64,000 nucleotides of DNA. Source: Lingula anatina (lineage: Eukaryota > Animalia > Brachiopoda). The notes beneath the pieces are model-generated. The model saw only the letters and a program-made list of their open reading frames with translations. It had not been told where the DNA came from and searched no databases. Positions 21,801 through 32,900 of this stretch are shown here, one piece after another. The stretch lies in contig CM120642.1 of NCBI GenBank assembly GCA_051362555.1, positions 25,730,001 through 25,794,000 on the forward strand, read 5' to 3'. Position 1 is the first letter of the stretch, and the number at the start of each line of letters is the position of its first letter. The position numbers and the translations under genes were made by a program.

Positions 21801-24800
21801 CCCCTTGGGACAACGCCTGTTGAGGAAATTGCAAGAACAACAACAGAATTGACAAAATGGACTTTATTTACAACCACAAATCAACCATACACTGAGACAA
21901 CAACAGAATCAGCTGTGTCTACCACTGGAGATGTAACAACAACCATCAACTCAACCTACCAAATTAATATACAAAATGACATTACATTCCTGTGCTCTGT
22001 GACAATAGAAACTGTAAATAGCAGCACTGCCATATACTCTGAAGGTTTGAATGATACAACCTCTCCAGGATTCAGGCAGTTAGCAGCATTTTTTTGTAAT
22101 CTGGTAGGTACAAATACCAGCCATTATTAGATTGGATTGCCATGTCATAAATCCCTTGCAGAGGAAAAACTTTTTAGGATTAAATAACAAAACCACAATC
22201 TTGAGGAATCCAAAATAATAATTTTTATGAGTCTTAATTTTAATGTTTTATTAAATTATTGGCTATATTCTGACCATAATGTCTTATTGACAATACATGG
22301 GTATGACTACACTGTTTTAGTGTGAATCAATAATGCTTGATTGTTATATGATATTTAAATCAAACAATGTTTTATTTAGGTGATTGAACTTCAAGGGCAG
22401 CAATTGCAGGGGTTTTCAGTGGTGTGTACTGTGATTGCCTTCAGAGCAGGCAGTGTTATTGCTGACTTCAAGCTACAAGTCATACCCCAGGACCAAACCG
22501 TTCTTGTGAACACAACAGGTGTATTGGATGCAGTGAGGAAGGTTTTCCTGTCAGCAAACAGCAGCCAAATAACATTTGGAACAAATAGTTCAGATTTTAT
22601 TATTGAAGGTAAGTAGGATATGACCTCCCAAGGGTAGTGTGTTTTAGAAAACTTAAATGAATGATAATCATCATTTGGGTACTACATTCAAAATGACAAT
22701 TATTGATTTCTACTGTCATTTTACTTTTGACTGGCCGCAAAAATGTACCCTCTGGCATTGCAGCAGATTTTGAGAACTAATAAAAATGATAATTATCATT
22801 TGGACATGATAACCTCAATTCACTACATACTGGCAGCAGGATTGGTGGCTATTGCTCAGTAGTCCATGTCATATTCAGTACACTGGTAGCAATAATCAGT
22901 TTTTGCAAACAGTCCATATTTACCTACATTGGACTGTCTGTGCCTGATCATATGGGCAGTGGAGGTTATTTTTGCAACAGTATTGTAGTGTTAGTTTATA
23001 AGCATGATATCTCAAAAGGTTTATTATTCAATTTTAATATGACATTTTAAAGAAAGACAGTTACAGTTTTTAGAAAAGAAAGAAGTGATTGCATTTCCAA
23101 TTGAACCTGAGTCTCCCAATGTTTTAAAAAGAATTTAAGTTTTTATCATTTAACATTTGCCTAGGTGTAGAAGAGAATTTTAGTTTTTATTATTTACATT
23201 TTGCATGGGTGCAGATCTGCACTCTAAGACTGTGCACTCTAGTTAATAAGATAAAATATGATAACAGCAGAAACTTTTTAGTGAAATATATAGAAAAAAA
23301 ATTCAGAACTTTATTTTCAGATTACAATGAGTGCCAAACTGCTGACACCAATGACTGCTCAACATTGGGGTCATGCATCAATACATTTGGTTCTTACCAA
23401 TGTCAGTGCAGTGAGGGATTTAGAGATGACAATGTCACATCACCAGGAAGAAAATGTACAGGTAATACCATACACATATCTGTATAATGAGTCTCAGTCT
23501 GGTCTTTGTTTTTTTTGTATTCAGAAAAAAAAAATAGTGAAAAATCCTTCTCGTCCATGTAGCTTAATTATTTCTAAAAAGTCTACATTTTACTTCTTGA
23601 AACAGCCCTAAATGAATTCCTGACTAGTTACAGAAATTATTACAGCTAATACAGAATTTCTTTTAGTTGCTTTCATGTAAAGGATCATGATGGTAATACA
23701 ACTTAACTAGGGGCAAAGAATATAAATAATTGATAAAATAAAATATTTGGAGCCAAAATGTAAATTATAAGTAAAATTTTAATTGAATATGTTTCCAGAA
23801 ATTTGTGAAAGCACCAGCTGCAGCAACAATGGAAAATGTCAAGAAAATGGAGGGAACTTGTTGTCATGCCAGTAAGCAAAGCTTTTTCTAGTCATCCTTA
23901 ATCTAGCTTTCAAGATTTATATCTCAGCTGATCTAAATATAATGGTGTCAGGCCATGGTGCAACATAGAAAAATATCAGATTGAACATTAGCATTTGTTA
24001 GATCGCTTTTTATATTCTTAACCTTAAATGAGTGCAATATGCAGTGCTGTCTTGTTAATTATTTCTGTAAATTCAGCAATGATCTGTTTATTGGAAATTA
24101 CCAAGTGCTTTAGTCATTTGATATTTTTAAAAAATTCAGGTGCAATGAGGGTTTTGTGGGAGACCAATGTGACACTAAAGGTAAAAAATTATAGCAAATA
24201 CATTTTAAATAATTAATATTAACATCAAATGTGATTGTTACTTTTTCATATCCCACAGATTCATTGTGCAAAAAAAGTATATTAGACACAACTATATTCC
24301 ACTGAATGCATTTATTAAGAATTAGTTAGAATTGACTAGTGGAACTGATGAAACAATCAAGGGAGTGATATAACACAAATGAAAGAGCAATGAACAATCA
24401 CCCTTTTCACATGATATCTATGTATTTATTTTAATGTATTTAACTTATTTCAGTCCTGATCCACTGGGAGATTCTATTGATAGCAGGATGCAGTAGCCTA
24501 GCAGTTCTTTGCGTCGTCATCCTGATAGCAGTGTTTGCAGAGCGCAGTCGGATGTCAGAGAATCAGTCTTGCTTGTCCAGTACTGAATTCAGCGCATATG
24601 ACCAGGAAAGTGTTTCTGTGTCTACAAGCAGTTTTCATCCAAGTAGTAACGACAAAACATCTGTTGCAAGCCAATTACCCATCATGCGCAGTATCCATTC
24701 CCCCAAAACTCGCCTAACTCCACAACAGAAGAAATACATCAAAACTTTTCCAACAAGAATAATAGATAGGTTTAACTGGAAGGACAAGAAATCTTCAGTG

Positions 24801-26314
24801 AAGAAAAATAAAATATTTTCTTTCATGAGAAAGGAAAAGAAAATTAATCCAAAGACTTTCATTGGTAATGGAGTGCCAGATGCCCATAGGGAAATTAATG
24901 GTACATATTACTATGGCGCCGAAGAAGAGACCATACCAGCAGCATATGACAGAAATGACCTTAAGAATGGCAGACAGAAGTCTGTGTTAAGCAATGGCAA
25001 TATGTTCCCCTTAAGAGAATCACCCCTTTCAAATGGCAGTCCATTTGTTCAACAACAATATCAAAACAGAGGGCAAAGTCCAGGAGGTGCCACAGCATCT
25101 TACTACATTCCCGAGTCAATACCTTATCCAGTCAGTGCGAGAAAACGCAATAAAGTTGGACAAAGTCCACCAACAATGCATCAAGATTTGATAGACATTC
25201 AAGAAGCACCTGTATCAAGAACAAGGCCAATATCTCCAAGGAAATATAACAAAGGTCCTAAAGCACATGTTGCCGTAACCAGTTTTGAAGATTCGTCTGT
25301 GTCGAGAGACGGCCAAACTTATGTGAAAAGGTTTATAAGTGACAGAAAGGGCCCATCAGTGAATGAAAGAGACCCCTCTGTGTCAAGATTGAGTCCCTCC
25401 AATCTCAAAAGACATGACAGGCTACAAGATAGGGCACAGAACAGACAGACAGAAAGGTTTAGCAGCCCCACAGAGGATGACGAGCCGAGAACATTTACCC
25501 ACAGATACAAGGAAAACTGGAAAAAGATGGGAAAACACAGTGGTTTTCAGGAATTCGGTCAGGTAGTTTTCCTGATTTTCAGAACATCTTTGTTCTTAAT
25601 TTTTGCTGCAGTATGATTGATGCAAGCACATTTTGAAAGAAAAATACCCTGTTTAAATTTCATTCAGCGAGCAAAAAAAAACCTGTAATAGATTAAAAAA
25701 AAAACATTTTTGGGATATGAAATATTACTAGCAATGTAAAATTACTGTATTATATAACTAAATTAACCAAACTATGCTCACTTAGAAGATCTTCATCATT
25801 ATTACTGTGGTTAAAGTGTTTTTTTTTAATTTTTATTCAGGATTCTGTATCAGAAGTCCACAACACACCTAAACAGCCAAAATCACCTAGTAATCTCAGC
25901 TCTACTCAAACCAACTTGGAAGCTTCAATGAATAACGTGAGTACACAGAACAGAACTGAACAATTTTAATCAAAACTGCTCTGAATGAGGACAATGTGAT
26001 TTTTGATACAGGTTCTTGCCTATTTGTCAAAAAAGTTTATGATGAAGGGCAAATCAATTAATTATTTTATTTATTCTGCGATTTTATGCCATACATTAAC
26101 TGTATTATTTCAGGGAACACCATTTTCGTATATACCATCCCTGGAAGACAGTGACTTTTTTCGCAGAAAAAGAAAGCAACATTATCAAAGTCACAAAAGG
26201 AAAAGAAGAAGTTCGGTGGAGAGATCGCCATTTCAATCCCCCCCTGAAGAATGGGTAAAATACCACAGAGAAACAATAAGCACGGGTGACAGTGAAAGTG
26301 GAATTCAATACTAA
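11595..26314 (+). CDS. Transmembrane chitin-binding mucin, gene C: SP - CBM14x4 - PTS - SEA - cbEGF - EGF - TM - cytoplasmic tail (~2423 aa)
   Basis: Exons 11595-11658, 16786-22103, 22380-22608, 23321-23461, 23799-23871, 24140-24180, 24454-25562, 25841-25936, 26114-26314; all GT-AG with compatible phases, sum 7272 nt. SEA motif FRAGSVIADF; cbEGF DYNEC...CINTFGSYQCQC; TM ILLIAGCSSLAVLCVVILIAVFA. Confidence 0.85.
11707..12143. repeat. Intronic tandem duplication, two ~210-230-bp units
   Basis: 11707-11917 vs 11941-12143 share ccaccccttcggctgggaaa, catagtcaaattttgctcttatcct and ccagtactgagacaaacgca; a diverged homolog lies at ~2906-3075. Confidence 0.85.
12424..12612. repeat. ~100-bp tandem duplication
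   Basis: taaggtaa...agcaatgtcaataa..agcctaactgccaa.tttat occurs twice; homologous to ~3468-3580. Confidence 0.8.
12794..12881 (-). CDS. Intact signal-peptide exon 1 of the antisense Cys-rich gene
   Basis: MMGKVLNVVLLYVACTALMGLLICDEAVG G|gtaaaa: hydrophobic core, AVG cleavage-like end, phase 1. Confidence 0.7.
13875..14071. mobile_element. MITE-like element with 18-bp perfect terminal inverted repeats
   Basis: aagcctagattacattta ... taaatgtaatctaggctt, in a TAA/TTAA context. Confidence 0.75.
15371..16735 (-). mobile_element. 5'-truncated L2/CR1-group LINE (reverse transcriptase C-terminal part, 3' UTR, (TTA)-rich tail)
   Basis: RT motifs LLDLSAAFETVEH, GVPQGSVL, YADDTQLY, KNLGV, LDYCNSLL and LHWLPV. 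In-frame TAG at ~16622-16624. The 3' end reads tgtacagtctattgaac...aataaatatattattatattatta. Confidence 0.92.
16786..22103 (+). CDS. Gene C exon 2: four CBM14 domains, ~1400-aa Thr/Ser/Pro domain, start of SEA
   Basis: Acceptor tttttaattcag| has the same context as gene B exon 2; ORF 16707-22130; donor CTG|gtaggt. Confidence 0.92.
16990..17600 (+). repeat. 261-bp (87-aa) near-identical coding tandem repeat (CBM14 + linker)
   Basis: CBM14 copies 2 and 3 are identical in protein; DNA offset 261 (17083 vs 17344). Confidence 0.9.
17830..21540 (+). repeat. 21-bp coding tandem repeat (ESPTTTT/KSPTTTT) with a 924-bp higher-order duplication
   Basis: Unit actgaatcaccaacaaccaca; the alternative-frame ORFs at 18271 and 19195 are near-identical at offset 924. 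Confidence 0.92.
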
Positions 26315-27326
26315 ATATTGGCAAATTGTAAACTTAAACAATGTTGCAAACTTCACCTTTAAGTGATATTCTGTTCCTGTGATGCTGTTCACTGCCTTGT
26401 TTCCTATTATTAATAACTTTTTTTTTTGGGGGGGGGGGGGGCTGTTCTCTCCCTCAGGTTGGATCTTAGCACATTATTTTTAATTTAAAGCTTCTGGCTA
26501 TTTAGTTTTATTTTCATTTTTGAATATTTTATAGTTGTGTTATAACTTTTTGGCAAAAAAAAGTATTTTGGCTGAAAACTGGTGATAACTACTACCTGCC
26601 AATGTGTCATTTTTGAGAATCATTAATTAGGACTGATAACAGTTCTAAAGATTAAAAGAAAAATGTTCAAATGTATGGGCATGTAAGATAAGCTTTTAGT
26701 CATTTTACTTAGTCCGTCCTTATTTAAATAATATTTTGCCATATACTGTGCCATAACAAATAAGTCCGTCCACAATTTTTAAGAATATTTCATATATATA
26801 TAGGAAGATTATTTTCTTATTGAATTAGAAGTGATCTTGTTTTGTATTGAATTTTTACTGCTTTACTCAAAGTATATATCAAGAGGCATCTATGTAAGTA
26901 TATATGCAAATTTTACTTTTTTTTAAAAGTAAAACTAAAATTATATTTATATTCAAGACAACTTTTTCTTGTATCTCTTCTCAATATTTTATATGGAAAT
27001 CAAGAGATTGTTTCATGAGAGTAAAGATTTTGTTAGCCATAAAGCATTGTTAATTATTTTTGAGTTGCAATAAATTCTATTTATATATAAACTTTCACCT
27101 CTGTTTACCTTGTTATTTGGGGGAAAATGATAAAAAAGTGAACATTGTTAAAAGAATAATTTTCAAGTTTAGTCTTAAATTTGGCTCAAATTTAAAATTT
27201 AAATGTTTTCTCCTCATTTTTCAGTCACGTACAATTCACATATCAAAATTAGACCATGTGAACATCATCTATGTAACATATCAATTAATTGCCAAGCTAT
27301 GACACAAACAACTCATTTACAGTTCT

Positions 27327-27360
<34 letters not shown>

Positions 27361-28856
27361 TTGAATCATCATTGCAGCCTGGGGTAATCAATTAGACAAA
27401 CTATACAGTTATAATACTTGACTGCAATAAACTGACAGTTTCATTTTTTGTGCAAGATTTATTTAGAGGTACTGACTCTAAATCTACAGGAAGCATGCCT
27501 TAAAGTTTGTGTTACACTTAACTAATATTTACATAATACATCAGTACAGTTATTCATCATCCCTAACTTCAGGGAATATTTTATACTTATAAATTGGTAT
27601 TTATTTCTCAGTATAACTGTCAGGGCTATTTAGTCTTCTCAACTGGTGTTCTATACACAAACATAACAATTCATTACTAAAATGTCTCCTACTGTACAAC
27701 ATAAAAATAGTATAATATACTTCTTATTGATAAAAATGCTGAATCCATCTGTTAGTTCATAGTTAAAATATCCATAAAATGTGTTCTGACTGAGACCAAA
27801 CCTTCCTACGTGATTCTTACAGAAAAAATAATTAAAAAAATAACAGAATTGGTTTGACTTATATCAGAATAATAACAATAAGGGAGCAATTATTAAAAAG
27901 TATTCATGAAAACTTAGCTTGTGACCCATTAGAAATTGACTCACCGACTTCAAATAATTCAGTCCATTTTCATGTATTTCAGATACATTTAGCAAACATT
28001 AAGCTTGTTTAAAAATTACTATATTAATTGCTCAGGATTCATCATGGACTTATACCAGCTACTTGAAATATTTTCACATTTAACACTTCTCTACTCACCA
28101 TATTCAGATAGGATTCAGAATTAAAATAAAATGTTTATTTCATTGATGGTTTTTTCAGTCTGCTCTAGTCAACAGAATCCTCCATATCCTTTGCCAAGAA
28201 TATTATGGGATTTGTGGAACTAAGTCAGTCAAACGACATATGAGAACCAATAAGAGCTTAACTTTTAATCAATTTTGACTGTTCAGTAACAAAATCTGAT
28301 GAAGACAAGGGCAAGGATGAAAAAGTTGGAAAATATGATGTGGCGGAATATTTTTGTGATATTTTTGACTTCCAAAAAGAAGGAACTCCGCCTATAGTCG
28401 GAAAATTCTCATCCCTGCAGTGGTGTATGCTCAGCCTAAAGCTGGATTTGTCCACACTCTACATCAGTCATACCGAGATGAAATGGAGAGAGAATTGCTA
28501 CTATAATTTTTCTAACTTATAATAATACTCTCAACCAGCCATAACAAAACTGGTCTACAACACTGTTACCATTATACCTACTCTTTTCTGAATATCAGAA
28601 ACCAAGTCTCCCCCCCCCCCCCCAACCTTATTTGATCAGCCAGGCAAAACACAACTGTTGCAGCAGCTTTTACAAAGTCTATAAAACCAGATCTAGATAC
28701 CACTGGCTCCATCTATCCAGATACTTTTACTGGTAGAACATAAAACTCGTCTACATCCTCTATTATTAGTCAGGCCAGGCATCAGACAAGTCCAATCATG
28801 TATAACATGTCCAGAACATTGAAAAAGAAAGTGAGAATGGAAGTTTGGGGTTTCCC

Positions 28857-29959
28857 TCATATATCTGCTGCTCTGAAAACTGCTGCCACATCACTTGTTC
28901 CATAACCTCTGGCTTTGGCTTTCTTGTACATCTGGAAGGAAAAGGTCAGTAATTAGTCAGTTTCATGTGCCCAGAGATGTAAAAAAAAATCAATGTACAT
29001 TAGTCATTTTACTTTTTCTGCAATAAATCTAAATAGAAGGTTCAAACTGGCCAGCTGTCCAACACACCAATCCAACAGCTCAAAAAAATATATTTTGACC
29101 TTATCTACAATATTATTGGGGGAGAGGGGGGTATGGGCTTATAGGTTCTTACTGAAAATCAACCTAGATTATTAAGACCAAAGACCAGCAGCACTAAAAC
29201 CAAATTTAAAGGTATGTGAAACTGCTTATATCCCACTGGGACCTTCTTACCTCGTTGGCTGCAGCTGCCACCGCTAGGGGCTGGTCCACCTCGTCTCCTA
29301 GGTTTAGGGAGAGCCGCATGTCCTTCTGCTGGTTTTGGAGAAGAGCTCTTGGGTTATAGGAATTCTCCATCATAGCTGCAAGGTTAATGCATGTTACAAT
29401 TTATTTCAACTGTATTTCCTGAAATATTTTTATTTTCCAACAAAAAGCTCTATATAACTGTACATAACTGAAATAAAATTTCTGTATTGAAAACCCATGG
29501 GGAAGTAAGTTGATGTAATGAGCCAAACTGTGAATGATATTTCTTTTATATACCAGATTATTCTCACACAGTTTTTGTTTAAGTTAACAAAAAAAGGTCT
29601 GCAAAGCATTAAAAAACCCAGTGCCTCTGTTTGGTTAAAAATTATGCCTATCAAGATAAGAGACCAAGAGAAGGGAGAAAACAAAAACCCAAGATTTCAT
29701 AAATCTTTGCTTTTCTCTCTGCAATGACTTTTCATCGAGAAATTCACAGAAACAAATTCTTCACATCACCCTACTCACCATAACCTTTACTTCTGAACAG
29801 TGAGCAGTTGAGGGAACTAAGACTTAGGATTTCTAGGAGGTCTTCTTGGTGCAGACCCACTTTCCCTGCCAGAGCCATGCCTTCAGACAACCCAGCTATT
29901 ACAGTGCCCAGAACCATGCTGAGGACCAGACGCATCCGGGCACCATTGCCGATTTCACC

Positions 29960-29998
<39 letters not shown>

Positions 29999-32900
29999 AA
30001 TTATGCATTATCCAACCAATGTAAGCCACTGTTAATTCAGAGTAGGTCCTCTTCCAAAGGTATTTGTCATCCACATACTTTTACTTTACAAGTGATTTTA
30101 GAGCACTAACAAATCTGAAAGGTGAAAACTTACAAGCTGAAACCAGTGTTATACAGTTGGATGAGAGAAAAAGAAAAATTCACATAATTCTTTTAAAACT
30201 GACAAGTAGTTAAACTTTGGTCATAAAATAATATAGAAAAAAAAAACTGATCATTTCAATGTTTTGTAAGATGAGATTAAGTAAATCAAACAAACAAACA
30301 AACAACTATAAAATTTCTATCACATACAGACCAAGATGATGACTTACCTAAGTAGTATGTTTTTCTTCCAATAGCTTCAAAACAAGATAAACAATCATCA
30401 TAGAGATCCCTGTCTCCTGCGGCTAAAACCACCAGCTGTCCGTCCTCAGATGCCTCCTTGCTACCAAATACTGGCGCCTCCAGAAACCTGCCGTTTCTCA
30501 TTGTTATTGCCTAGAGACAAGAACGATGGATTTCATTAGTACCCAATCCACAGATTGATGTTAAGAACTCTTAGAGGTATCTTTGCTCTCATTCACCTGC
30601 TCTTCTAGGGAGTTACAAAAGTAAAAAAGGTTAACAATTAACTTGGATAGCAATTAAATGAAACTGACTGAGGCAACATAACTTAATAATCAAACTAAAT
30701 AATACAATTGAATATGCACAGTGTACTATCAAATCGGGGTCGGAAGAAGCCATCTTCTGGGTCTTTCCAAAGATAGTCAGAATTTTTCTAGTTTACATTC
30801 TAATATTTTTATTCGAAGATGGTCCAAGATGGAGGATGAATGCACAAAGATAATTTGGAAGACTCTGAATACCTCTGAATCCACTCCCTGAAACTTGTAT
30901 GCCAAATAGCAGAATGAAAGTTACCTCATTGATATCTGTAATGGTTTCTACGTCCACTGAAGACATATCCACAAAACTTTTCCCTGGTGATATACCTTGA
31001 AGCACCCCACAGTTGCCAAAGACAAGCTAAAATGTAAATTAAAAAACCTGACAAGGAAATATTAAACAACTGGTCTTAATTTATATTATTTTACTTTTGT
31101 ATCTTGATAAAAAACATTTCTGGTTAACAAGGATAAAGAGAATACTATTTAACAAATAACAGAAATAAGATTCTAATAAGAAATTAGAAAAGCTACATTT
31201 CTTTTCATATCCTTGTATGTGCCAAAACAATGGAAATGCAACAAAAATAAATAAAAGCTTCAAATACAGATTGGAAGTGAACATAAAAATTATTATAGCT
31301 ATAACTTAGAAACTCACATCTTTTAAAGCTGCAGGATTGGCTACAGATGAAAAAATAATGTCACAGGATTGCACAACATCGCACGGCGTCTCTCCAGGCA
31401 AGGCACCCAAGGCTGCAAAATCTTTACACTGAAAAGAGAAATAAATACACAGGTGCTTAAAAAAAGGCCTGAGTTACATCAGTACTGTAACAACAAAAAA
31501 TATTAATTACTGATGACATAGCTATAACAATTAAAACTTGAATTTTTTTCGGTTACTAATTAATTCATTGCAAATATAGTGGAATCAGACAGTTTACTTC
31601 AAAATGACAATTTAGACAATTCAAAAGAAATCTCAACTAAGACAATGAAAAACGCAACCAATCTGCAACAGTGCCTTTAAACTGCCTTACAAAAACTGTC
31701 TCACATTCTGTCTACCCCACAACAAACACATTCCGACTGTCAAAGGCTCTATTTCATAAAGAGATTGCAAATTAAGAAATGTACCGATTTCCAGACATTT
31801 TCCTCAAAAGCATTCTCATTACTTGTTTGTCAATCACAATATCCCTGGAAATTTCAACTCTTTTTCTAATATCATTAAGGGACAATATATTCAAAACTGT
31901 TGATAAAATTACAATGTAAAAACACAAAAATTAAACATTTCTACCAAGTGTCTTCTGTGTTCTCCTTTTATCAAGAGATTCAGTAAATCTATTTCATGGT
32001 AATATTTCTTTGGAATCAACAGCCACTGCACACAGAAAAGTACGGAATTCATCAGCATTTTCACTTAACAACTACTGGCCCTTAGACTGTTTTATCAAGA
32101 ACTTCTGGTTTTATTTACGGAGGGGGGGGGGGGGGGGGTGTGTGATAAAAATGTCCCTTTGAAGAGAAACAGTACTCTCAAAATTTGATCTAATTTCCAT
32201 TTCATTTCTCAATACTTGGTGAAAAGGTACACTTTCCAGGCCCGTAGCCAGCAATTTTAAAAGGGGGGTTCTTTTTCTGAAAAAGTGGACCCTTTTCCAT
32301 TTAAACTTCATGTACCTAGATCAAATTTTACCCAGAGAGGACCTTTTCCCAGCAAAAAGGGTGGTTCTTTCTAACCCCCCGAACCCCCCTGGCTACGGGC
32401 CTGCTTTCTTAGATATGAAAATGACTCCCCACTTTGAAATGACTAGCTACAGGCTAGAACTACCTTTTAAACTTTCCATCTGATCACAGGGAACATTACA
32501 CGTTTCATAACATTAAAGGGCAGTCACAAGCCAAAGCAATTATTGTAAATGGTTTCTAAATATTACACAAACACGTCATCCATCTAAACAAACGTAACAC
32601 TGTATTACCTAATTGAGCAGAGTACACCTGGAAAATTACGTGCAGTTTCTTAGATTATTGACGAGGCTTTGAGATCTTTCAATTATTTGAAGCCCTTTTC
32701 TTATACCGTGTGGGTTGAATAATTCATGTGATTAGTACCTATGGGGAAATCAAGGAAGAGGAGTAAAACCCCTGGACTTCATTTGCAGATCAATTCTCAA
32801 GTCAATGTCTGATCCATTGTCTGATAAAGAAGAGATCCAATCCAATACTGAAGTCTATAACTCCTTGCATCCAATCATGTAAAGTAAGCATATTACAGAA

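Noticed and set aside
17735-21877. 1380-aa Val-rich antisense ORF (also 8390-9151, 9182-9496, 184-483, 7934-8257)
   Set aside because: Mirror of ACN Thr codons in the mucin repeats; no independent gene signals.
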